From Gemmatimonadota bacterium (GTDB lineage: Bacteria > Gemmatimonadota > Gemmatimonadetes > Palauibacterales > Palauibacteraceae), in assembly GCA_039588275.1 (NCBI GenBank), contig JBDHAC010000054.1, positions 1 through 30,357 on the forward strand: a DNA stretch of 30,357 bases, given 5' to 3'. The notes under the pieces were generated by a model. That model did no database searches, was not told the origin of the DNA, and worked only from the letters and a program-made list of their open reading frames with translations. The translations under genes were made by a program, and so were the position numbers. Below are positions 8,213 through 16,042 of the stretch, one piece after another. How positions within the stretch are numbered: position 1 is the first letter of the stretch; every line of letters starts with the position of its first letter.

Positions 8213-9048
8213 TGTTCAGAAGAGTGACACCTCGGCCCGCGCCGTCGATCATGGCCATGGCGCTCCTTCTCGTACCGAGCGGCGCGTCTCCTCAAGGCCT
8301 CGAGAGCCCCGCGCAGGACCCCTCCGCCAGCCCCGAGAACCGTGGGCGTGACATCGCCCTCGAAGCGGATCGGAGAGGGAGCGGTTACGGGGATCTTCGT
8401 GCCCGGCTCACGATGGTGCTGCGCAACCGGCACGGCGACGAGCGCACACGGCAGATGAGAATCCGCGTGCTGGAGGGCACGGCCGGCGGCGACCGGACCC
8501 TGCTCGTCTTCGACCGGCCGCGTGATTTGAGCGGAACCGCGCTTCTCACCCACGCCAACCCGGACGGAGGCGACGACCAGTGGCTCTACCTCCCGGCTTT
8601 GAAGCGGGTGAAGCGTATCGCCGCCAGCGGACAGTCGGGGTCCTTCATGGGCAGCGAGTTCGCCTACGAAGACATCGGCTCCCAGGAGGTGGAGAAGTAC
8701 CGGTATCGGTTCCACGGCGAGGACACGCTCGACGGAGAACACAGCCTGGTGGTGGAGCGGGTTCCGCTCGACGGGGGCTCGGGTTACAGCCGGCAGCTGG
8801 TGTGGTTCGACAGCGAGGCGTATCGCGTGCTTCAGATCGAGTACTACGACCGGCGAGGCGACCGTCTCAAGACGCTCCGGTTACATGGCTATCGCCTGTA
8901 TGTGGAGTGTCTGTGGAGGCCGGACGTGATGGAGATGGTGAATCATCAGACCGGCAAGAGCACGACGCTCACCTGGGAGGAGTACGAGTTCGATACGGGT
9001 CTCCGCGAGCGCGACTTCGAGCGCGGCGCGCTGGGCCGGGTCCGGTAG
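8209..9048 (+). CDS. Outer membrane lipoprotein-sorting (LolA-like) periplasmic carrier protein
   Basis: Start reassigned to the ATGA overlap at 8209. Signal-peptide-like segment followed by DDQWLYLPALKRVKRIA, GSFMGSEFAYEDI and IEYYDRRG, typical of LolA-like proteins encoded beside MMPL genes. Confidence 0.88.
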   Translation: MMFRRVTPRPAPSIMAMALLLVPSGASPQGLESPAQDPSASPENRGRDIALEADRRGSGYGDLRARLTMVLRNRHGDERTRQMRIRVLEGTAGGDRTLLVFDRPRDLSGTALLTHANPDGGDDQWLYLPALKRVKRIAASGQSGSFMGSEFAYEDIGSQEVEKYRYRFHGEDTLDGEHSLVVERVPLDGGSGYSRQLVWFDSEAYRVLQIEYYDRRGDRLKTLRLHGYRLYVECLWRPDVMEMVNHQTGKSTTLTWEEYEFDTGLRERDFERGALGRVR

Positions 9049-9052
9049 AGCC

Positions 9053-10261
9053 ATGCGGTCCCTCCCGCTCGCGACTGTCTGTCGTCCCTTGGTCTGTCGT
9101 CCCCTGGTGATCCTCTTCGTGATACTGGGTCAGCTGGAGGTCGGCCCGACCACCGTGCGGGCGCAGTGGCGAGGAGAGCTGGTCGTCGGGGCGCGCGCGT
9201 TTCAAGACGCGGAGGGCCCTGGAGGTCGCGCGGGGGAGGAGCTGGATCTCGAGCTGCGTCCGAGGGCCGGCATCGAGTGGAGCCACGGCACACAACGGCT
9301 GGACATCGCACCCTTCCTGCGCGTGGACCTGCTGGGCGATGGGAGGAGCCAACTCGATCTCCGGGAACTCGCCTGGACCGGGCTCTGGAATGACTGGGTC
9401 GTGTCTGCGGGCTTCAGGGAAGTCTTCTGGGGCGTGACCGAGTCGAGCAACGTCGTGGACGTCATCAATCAGCGATCTCCCGCCGGCTCCCTGGACGGAT
9501 TCGAGAAGCTCGGGCAGCCCATGGTCGGTGTGAGGCTGGATCGGGCGTGGGGCCTTGTGGAGCTGATGCTCCTGCCTTGGTTCCGCGAGCGCCAGTTCGA
9601 GGGCCGGGCTGGCAGCCTGTGGTCGCCGCTCGCGGTAAGCGACGGAGCCACAGACTACGAGTCCGAAGCCGGCCGTCACCACGTCGATTGGGCGGTCCGG
9701 TGGTCCCATACCTTCGGTGACGTCGATCTCGCCGTGGCCCACTTGGCCGGCACGAGCCGTGAACCCACGCTTCAGCGGGGGGCGAGCGATGGCGGACACG
9801 AACTCTGGATCCCGTACTACGAGCTGACGGACGTGACGGGGGCAGAGTTCCAGTGGACCACGGGCGCCTGGCTCTGGAAGGCCGAGGCGATGACCCGCAC
9901 GTCAACGGACGGGCGGTACGGGGCGGGCGTCGGAGGGCTCGAGTACGCCGTGGGCGACTTTCTGAGCTTGTTTGCCGAGTTCGCTCTCGACACGCGCGGC
10001 AGCGACGCGTTGACCTCGTTCGAGAACGATGCATACATCGGCGCGCGGCTCCTGTTTCAGGACGGACAGGCCCGGGTCGGCTTCTTCGTGGACACCCGAT
10101 CGGGGAATCGGATCCTGCGGGCCAGCTTTCAGAAGCGGCTGGGGGATCGTTTCACCGCTGACCTGGGGGCGCGTTGGCACGGTGGCGACAGCGGTGCTGA
10201 GCCGCAGTGCGCGCCGTGGCAAGGGAGCCTGCTCTCCTTCGCTCTCGTCACCTACTTCTGA
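9053..10261 (+). CDS. Outer membrane beta-barrel protein
   Basis: Signal peptide ending VRA-Q, alternating amphipathic strands, DLREL and VFWGVTES..VDVINQ motifs, C-terminal aromatic residue (LVTYF). Confidence 0.82.
   Translation: MRSLPLATVCRPLVCRPLVILFVILGQLEVGPTTVRAQWRGELVVGARAFQDAEGPGGRAGEELDLELRPRAGIEWSHGTQRLDIAPFLRVDLLGDGRSQLDLRELAWTGLWNDWVVSAGFREVFWGVTESSNVVDVINQRSPAGSLDGFEKLGQPMVGVRLDRAWGLVELMLLPWFRERQFEGRAGSLWSPLAVSDGATDYESEAGRHHVDWAVRWSHTFGDVDLAVAHLAGTSREPTLQRGASDGGHELWIPYYELTDVTGAEFQWTTGAWLWKAEAMTRTSTDGRYGAGVGGLEYAVGDFLSLFAEFALDTRGSDALTSFENDAYIGARLLFQDGQARVGFFVDTRSGNRILRASFQKRLGDRFTADLGARWHGGDSGAEPQCAPWQGSLLSFALVTYF
9077..9106 (+). repeat. 15-bp direct duplication (VCRPL x2) in the signal peptide
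   Basis: GTCTGTCGTCCCTTG at 9077-9091 and GTCTGTCGTCCCCTG at 9092-9106. Confidence 0.85.
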
Positions 10262-10318
10262 CCGCCCTCTGCCCCGACAGCCGGGTCGCGTCGATCGCTC
10301 ATTCGGGCCGGGCGATCA

Positions 10319-10351
10319 CTTTACCCTCGCTTGACTCCCCCTCGGTACCCT
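10319..10351 (+). promoter_or_regulatory. Third copy of the tandem CTTGAC box plus -10-like element
   Basis: CTTTACCCTCGCTTGACT-N9-TACCCT matches CTTGACCGTCGCTTGACT-N9-TAGCCT at 2166-2198. Confidence 0.5.
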
Positions 10352-10476
10352 GTGGACAGAGAGAGGAATCAACGCGGTTCGCGGGAGCTCGCGTCGACCG
10401 CTGAACAACCTCGGAATTGCAGCGCCGCTCGCACGACTCCCGCGGATCGCCCTCCCCAAAGACGCAGAGGGGTACG

Positions 10477-10653
10477 ATGGCAACCAGACCGCGCCACGGG
10501 ACTTGTGAAGAGAGAGTAGCAGTCTTGACACCCGAGCCCGTCGATCGGCTCATCGCCCTCGCTTCGGTTGCGATGCGTCCCGAGCTGGTGAGCACACGGT
10601 GTCTGAGCTGCATCCTGAACGAGTTCAGGGCACTCAAAGCGGTGCTGCATTGA
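10477..10653 (+). CDS. Putative small protein (58 aa)
   Basis: AGAGGGG 4 nt before the ATG; MATRPRHGTCEERVAVLTPEPVDRLIALASVAMRPELVSTRCLSCILNEFRALKAVLH; fills an otherwise empty gap and converges on gltA. Confidence 0.4.
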   Translation: MATRPRHGTCEERVAVLTPEPVDRLIALASVAMRPELVSTRCLSCILNEFRALKAVLH

Positions 10654-10708
10654 GCGCCCTGAGCCTCGAGGTGCCAGCTCCTTCGCCGGCGTGGGGTCGG
10701 CCCCAGTG

Positions 10709-12061
10709 CTACCCGACGCTCGCCGGGGTTTCCTCAGGCCTTTCTACCGACTTTTTTTTTCCGGCGATCGTGGTTTCGGGGCTCCGCTGATCGGAGCCCG
10801 TATAAACCTGACGCGGTCGGGCGATTCGCTGGTCACCGTCCTCCAACATCTCCTGCCACTGCGCGAGCCAGCCGGCGGTGCGCGGGATTGCGAAGAGGAC
10901 CGGGAACATCGCCACCGGGAACCCCATCGCTTGATAGATGATCCCCGAGTAGAAGTCCACGTTCGGATACAGGTTCCTCTTGACGAAATACTCGTCCTCG
11001 AGCGCGATCTTCTCGAGCTCAAGCGCGATGTCAAGCTGCGGGTTCCTGCCGGTCAGCTCGAACACCTGCTCGGCCATGTCCTTCAGGATCTTGGCCCGTG
11101 GGTCGTAGTTCTTGTAGACGCGGTGCCCGAAGCCCATTAGCCGGAACTCGCCCTTCTTCACGCGCTCGACGTAACTCGGCACGTTGTCGATGGTGCCGAT
11201 CTCGCGGAGCATGCGAAGCACCTGTTCGTTCGCTCCGCCGTGCAGCGGGCCGTACAGGGCTGCAGCCGCCGCGGCTACAGACACGTACGGATCCGTATGC
11301 GAGCTCCCTACGCTGCGCATCGCGTTCGCGCTGCAGTTTTGCTCGTGATCGGCGTGCAAGATGAACAGGATATCGAGGGCCTTCTCCAGCACCGGATCCG
11401 GCTCGTATTCCCGCTCCGTCATCTTGAACATCATGTTCAAGAAGTTGCCCGTGTAGCTCAGCCCGTTGTCCGGATATGCATAGGGCAAGCCAACGCTGGA
11501 GCGGTAGGCGAAGGCGGCGATCGTCGGCATCTTGGCGATGAGTCGTGAGATCTGCAGCGCTCGTACATCGGGATCCTCGATCTGGCGCGCCTCCGGATAG
11601 AATGTCGAAAGGGCTGCCACGGTGCTCACCAGCATCCCCATTGGGTGGGCATCGTATTTGAACCCCTCCATGAACTTCTTGATCTTCTCGTGGATGATCG
11701 TGTGGTGCTTGATCTCGTCGATCCAGCCGTGTTCCTCGGCCTCTGTCGGCAGCTCCCCGTTGAGGATCAGGTACGCTACCTCCAGGAACGTGAAGTCCTC
11801 GGCCAATTCCTGGATCGGGTAACCGCGATAACGGAGGATGCCGCGCTCACCATCGATGAACGTGACAGAGCTCTTGCAGGACGCGGTGTTCGTGAAACCC
11901 GGATCGTAGGCGAGCAGTCCGAAGTCCTCCTCCGACACCTTGATCTGACGCAGGTCCAATCCCCGAATGGACGCGCCGTACTCGGGATAGGTGCCGTAGG
12001 TGATGGGAAGCTCGTAGGTCTTTCCGGTCCGGTTATCGGTGACGGTGAGACTGTCTGCCAC
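10709..12061 (-). CDS. gltA: Citrate synthase
   Basis: YDPGFTNTASC, GILRYRGYPI, LHADHEQNCS, GPLHGGANE, GFGHRVYKNYDPR, YPNVDFYSG and RPRQVYTG motifs; GTG start with AGAGGAGG RBS. Confidence 0.97.
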   Translation of the reverse strand: MADSLTVTDNRTGKTYELPITYGTYPEYGASIRGLDLRQIKVSEEDFGLLAYDPGFTNTASCKSSVTFIDGERGILRYRGYPIQELAEDFTFLEVAYLILNGELPTEAEEHGWIDEIKHHTIIHEKIKKFMEGFKYDAHPMGMLVSTVAALSTFYPEARQIEDPDVRALQISRLIAKMPTIAAFAYRSSVGLPYAYPDNGLSYTGNFLNMMFKMTEREYEPDPVLEKALDILFILHADHEQNCSANAMRSVGSSHTDPYVSVAAAAAALYGPLHGGANEQVLRMLREIGTIDNVPSYVERVKKGEFRLMGFGHRVYKNYDPRAKILKDMAEQVFELTGRNPQLDIALELEKIALEDEYFVKRNLYPNVDFYSGIIYQAMGFPVAMFPVLFAIPRTAGWLAQWQEMLEDGDQRIARPRQVYTGSDQRSPETTIAGKKKSVERPEETPASVG

Positions 12062-12277
12062 GACTGCCTCCTCTCTGGGGCCTAGATACAGCGCTGCGGG
12101 CTACTTGCGGCGCAATAGGAGTGCCTCCGTCCGTACGGCCGGGGTGCAGTGACCCAGCGCCACCTAAGTGATTTTACGGCTTGAAGTAACGCGCTTCGTC
12201 AGGAGCGGTGTCGCCCGGTTGGCGAGTCCGCCGACGGGACAATATAGCCCATCTGCGCTCGGTCGGGCTCACCTGCC

Positions 12278-14431
12278 TCAGGCAGCGGCCTCGACGGAAG
12301 CGATCGGCAGGGTGAAATAGAAGACCGAGCCCTCCCCGGGCGTCGACTCGACCCAGATTCGTCCCCCGTGGCGTTCGATGATCCGCTGGCACACGGCGAG
12401 CCCGATACCCGTCCCCTCGTACTCGCTCGACGGGTGCAGCCGCTGGAAGATTTGGAACACGCGGTCGCGGTACTCCGGCTCGATTCCGATGCCGTTGTCT
12501 CGCACCTCGAAGACCCACTCTCCGCCCCGTTCCTCCGCTCGTACGACGATGTCGGGCGGCTCCGGGCTGCGGAACTTGATCGCGTTGCCGACCAGGTTCT
12601 GGAACAGCTGCCCGAGCTGCGTACGATCTCCTCTCACGATCGGCAGGTCGTGGCAGGTAATCGTGGCACCGCTGTCTTCGATCGCGGACTCGAGGTTGAG
12701 GAGGGCCCAATCCAGAGTCTGGGCGGCCTTGACGGGGTGGAACTCGGAGCCGTGCGACTCGACCCGCGAGTAGCTGAGCAGATCCTGGATCAGCCGCTGC
12801 ATGCGGGTCACGCCTTCCACGGCGTATTCGATGAACTGATCGGCCTCCTCATCCAGCCGACCGCGATAGCGACGCGCCAGCAACTGGGTGTAGCCCGCCA
12901 CCATTCGCAGAGGCTCCTGCAGGTCGTGCGACGCCACATAGGCGAACTGCTCGAGCTCGGCGTTCGAGCGCTCCAGGTCGCGTGCCTTCTCGAGGAGCGC
13001 GTGCTGGGCTTGCACCCGCGCCTCCTGTGCGCGCGCCTCGTTCAGCACCATATCCAGGTAGTTGGCGAGTTCTTCGAGTGTCTTCTGCTCGTGTCCGGAC
13101 CAGGTGTGCGGAGCGGCGGAATCGAGGCAGATGACCCCGCGCAGCTCTGTCGAATGTCGAAGGGGCCAGTTGAGGATCGCCACGCACGAGCCTTTCTCGA
13201 GCTCGTGCCGGATCGGCGCCAACCGCATGTCGGCGCGAACGTCATCACACCGGAACGGCTCCCCTCGTTTGAGGACCCCCAGGTACTCCGGCGCACGCGT
13301 CAGATCGGATTCGAGTCCTCGATGGTCTGGCATCTCCTCGGGTGCCACCACGTGCGTGACGTGGAGACGGCCGGCCGGGTCCACGGTGCAATACGCCGCG
13401 CGGAACCGGGCGAAGCCGTCGTGCAGGGCCTGCACCGCGTGAGCCACGATCTCGTCTGCCGACATTCCGGCGCGCACGTCTCTCGCGACCGTATGCAGGA
13501 GTTCCAGCCGGAGGCGCCTCTGCATGAGGGCCCGTTCGGCTCGCTCCCGCTCGGCGATCTCCTCCTGCAGGGTCACGTTCGCGCGCGCGATCTCGTGCGC
13601 ACCTTCCTCGACCTTTTTGAACAGCCCGTACATGCTCGCGGCCAAGCCCATCAACACCAACTCGTAGCTGGCGAGCTTGAGAAGGTGGGAAGCGTGGGCG
13701 AACGCGTCCCCCGGCTGAACCGAGAACGGCGAGAAGAGCGTGTGATTGGCGACCGACACGATGAGCGCCGCGATCAGCCAAGCCTCGAACGGGTTGCGCC
13801 GCCATCTGCCTTTGCCCAAATAGCCGGCCAGCGCCAACATGAACGGGCCGGCCGGCAGTAGCTCATCGGGTCGCGGTAGGCCCGAGCTAGCGCCGATCGC
13901 GGTCGGGCGTAGCAGTAACGCGACTGCTGCGATGCTGGCGAAGGTGACCAGCGTCACGCCGAGATAGCCGAGCCTCTCCGGGACGACCAGGGTATGCCCG
14001 GTCTTCTCCTCGCGTACCCAAGCGATCCAGCTCCAAGCAAGCAGGATCGAAAGAAACAGGGGTGACGCCAACTCGCTCCACGGAACGATCGGCGATGCAT
14101 CCGGGAGCGTCGGGTGAAGGTGGTCCAGCGAGGTCACGGCCGCGTTGAACGCGTCCAGAAGCCCAGTGACCAGAAAGCCGGTCCCCACGAGAAACAGTGT
14201 GGCGTTCTTTCGCGAGTAGTACCGAAGGAGCGCCAGCACTCCGGTTGTGACGGCCAAGACGGCCGCCACGGTCTCCATTATGGTGTGCAGGTGTGGGCCG
14301 CCCTCCCATGAAACTGACCGGGTGACGACAGACACTCCGACTAGGCCGGCCGCGAGCCCGGCATACATGAGGGCTCGTTGCCTGGTTCGATCTGGTGGAA
14401 TGCTCGGTTGTACCGTGTCTTGCCTGCTCAT
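12278..14431 (-). CDS. Membrane sensor histidine kinase (MASE3-like sensor, GAF, HisKA, HATPase)
   Basis: N-terminal multi-TM region (HTIMETVAAVLA...GTGFLVTGLLD), GAF domain, H-box FAYVASHDLQEPLR, N-box NLVGNAIKF, DNGIG and GTGIGLA. Start is uncertain; ATG 14431 was chosen. Confidence 0.92.
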   Translation of the reverse strand: MSRQDTVQPSIPPDRTRQRALMYAGLAAGLVGVSVVTRSVSWEGGPHLHTIMETVAAVLAVTTGVLALLRYYSRKNATLFLVGTGFLVTGLLDAFNAAVTSLDHLHPTLPDASPIVPWSELASPLFLSILLAWSWIAWVREEKTGHTLVVPERLGYLGVTLVTFASIAAVALLLRPTAIGASSGLPRPDELLPAGPFMLALAGYLGKGRWRRNPFEAWLIAALIVSVANHTLFSPFSVQPGDAFAHASHLLKLASYELVLMGLAASMYGLFKKVEEGAHEIARANVTLQEEIAERERAERALMQRRLRLELLHTVARDVRAGMSADEIVAHAVQALHDGFARFRAAYCTVDPAGRLHVTHVVAPEEMPDHRGLESDLTRAPEYLGVLKRGEPFRCDDVRADMRLAPIRHELEKGSCVAILNWPLRHSTELRGVICLDSAAPHTWSGHEQKTLEELANYLDMVLNEARAQEARVQAQHALLEKARDLERSNAELEQFAYVASHDLQEPLRMVAGYTQLLARRYRGRLDEEADQFIEYAVEGVTRMQRLIQDLLSYSRVESHGSEFHPVKAAQTLDWALLNLESAIEDSGATITCHDLPIVRGDRTQLGQLFQNLVGNAIKFRSPEPPDIVVRAEERGGEWVFEVRDNGIGIEPEYRDRVFQIFQRLHPSSEYEGTGIGLAVCQRIIERHGGRIWVESTPGEGSVFYFTLPIASVEAAA

Positions 14432-14627
14432 GCCATAATGGACGCACGGGTTTGACCCCGGATTTCGCGCAGCCGGGCGTCGTGAGTGCGAACCGCGCCG
14501 TACATGCGCAGGGTTCACGCCGAAATGTCTGGGACTCTTCTTCCTGTACTGGCGATCGGACGGGTGAAGGGTCTAGAGCGGGAAAGCAAGGTTGGCGGGC
14601 TCTGGCTCGAGTCCCGAGCCGGCCGCG

Positions 14628-15710
14628 TCAGCAGACGTGACGGTGGCCTTCGGGTGCGTAGGCGAGCTCCAGCTGCCAGCCTTCCTCGATGATCTGGAGG
14701 AAGGCACTGACGATGCTCGGATCGAAGCGTGTGCCGCGACCGTTCACGATCTCGGCCAGTCCTTCCTTGAACGAGCGGGCAGGCTTGTAGGGACGGTGGT
14801 GAGTCACGGCATCGAACGCGTCCGCCACGGCCACGATTCGCGCTACCAGGGGGATCTCTGAGCCCCGCAGCCCCCCGGGATAGCCCGTGCCGTCCCAACG
14901 CTCGTGGTGGCGCAGAGAGATGACCTCGGCCATGCGGAGCACTTCACAATCGCTTCCGGCCAGGATCGCGGCTCCGACGGCGGAGTGGCTCTGCATCTTC
15001 GAGCGTTCCGCTTCGGTGAGTGGTCCGGGCTTGAGGATGATCTCGTCGGCAACCGCGATCTTCCCGACATCATGAAGCGGCGCCGCCTGTCGGAGGTTCT
15101 CCACCTCATCCGGCAGTAGCCCGAGCCGCTCGGCGAGCAGCGCCGAAAGTTGCCCCACTCGCTGCGCGTGCTGGCCGGTAACGTCGTCTCGATACTCTAC
15201 CGCCCTCGCGACCCTTTGCAGGATATCCCGCTGGGCACGCTCCAGCTCTTGGGTTCGCTCGGACACCTTCCTCTCGAGCACCTCCTCATAGGCTTGCAGC
15301 TGGAGCTGGAGAAAACGGATCTCGAGCAGGTTCTTCACCCGTGGCAGGACCTCCTCGGCGCGGAAGGGCTTGCTGACGAAGTCGCGTGCGCCCACCTCGA
15401 TCGCCCGAGCCTTCGAATCCGAGTCGACTCCCTCGGCTACCATCAGTATCGGAAGATAGGCGCCGGCGGGAACCTGCTTTCGCAACAGGGCCGTGACCGC
15501 GAGACCGGTCAGCTCGGGCTCGTGCAGATCTACCGCTACCAGGTCCGGCCTCACGTCCCGGAACATCGCCGTGGCCTGACGCGGATCGGTCGCCACCGAG
15601 ATCGCCCCGTAACCGGCTTCGCTGAGCAGGTTCTCGAGGGCGCGCACCTCGGTCTCCTGATCATCGATGATCAGAATCCTCGCGTCCCGTACGGCGTCCG
15701 TCGTCATCAC
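14628..15710 (-). CDS. Response regulator with HD-GYP cyclic-di-GMP phosphodiesterase domain (RpfG-like)
   Basis: Receiver domain (IIDD, VDLHEP, FVSKP) plus HD-GYP domain (HAQRV, LHDVGK, HHERWDGTGYP, VADAFDA, RPYK). GAGGAG RBS before GTG 15710 / ATG 15707. Confidence 0.93.
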   Translation of the reverse strand: MMTTDAVRDARILIIDDQETEVRALENLLSEAGYGAISVATDPRQATAMFRDVRPDLVAVDLHEPELTGLAVTALLRKQVPAGAYLPILMVAEGVDSDSKARAIEVGARDFVSKPFRAEEVLPRVKNLLEIRFLQLQLQAYEEVLERKVSERTQELERAQRDILQRVARAVEYRDDVTGQHAQRVGQLSALLAERLGLLPDEVENLRQAAPLHDVGKIAVADEIILKPGPLTEAERSKMQSHSAVGAAILAGSDCEVLRMAEVISLRHHERWDGTGYPGGLRGSEIPLVARIVAVADAFDAVTHHRPYKPARSFKEGLAEIVNGRGTRFDPSIVSAFLQIIEEGWQLELAYAPEGHRHVC

Positions 15711-16042
15711 CGGGCAAACTCCTCGCTCTCTCGCCCCTGGCCGTGTAGCCCGTTCGCGGTGTCGAGCCGCTCCGCGCCACATGGCCGGGCGCCAGGTAAT
15801 TGGGCAATGCCCGGGTCGCATCTGCGCGCACCACCGAACTCGTTGCGTGAATTACGGTTAGAGGCACTTCGACGGGCACCGGTGCGGCAATCACGCGACA
15901 TCCGAATCGCGGCACATCGCCACGGACCCATGCGTATGTCCACGGCGGCCGACGGTCCGGTCGGGCCGGTTGCACTGGCCGTCGCCGCGGGCCTCGAGAC
16001 GACCCTCGCAGCCCGGCAGCCGTCCAGGCGAAGCTCCGCTGA

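Noticed and set aside
10752..10760. A9 run containing an A_AAA_AAG slippery heptamer in the gltA tail
   Set aside because: It lies past the conserved catalytic region in a variable Lys-rich tail. A shift would change only a few terminal residues, and there is no evidence of function.
12278..14431. Bacteriophytochrome
   Set aside because: The kinase core is Cph1-like, but there is no PAS-GAF-PHY module or DIP motif, and the N-terminus is a membrane sensor.
15870..16040. GC-rich inverted repeats downstream of the esterase as terminator or ncRNA
   Set aside because: The stems are imperfect, there is no U-tract and no recognisable RNA family, so they cannot be told apart from background at this GC content.
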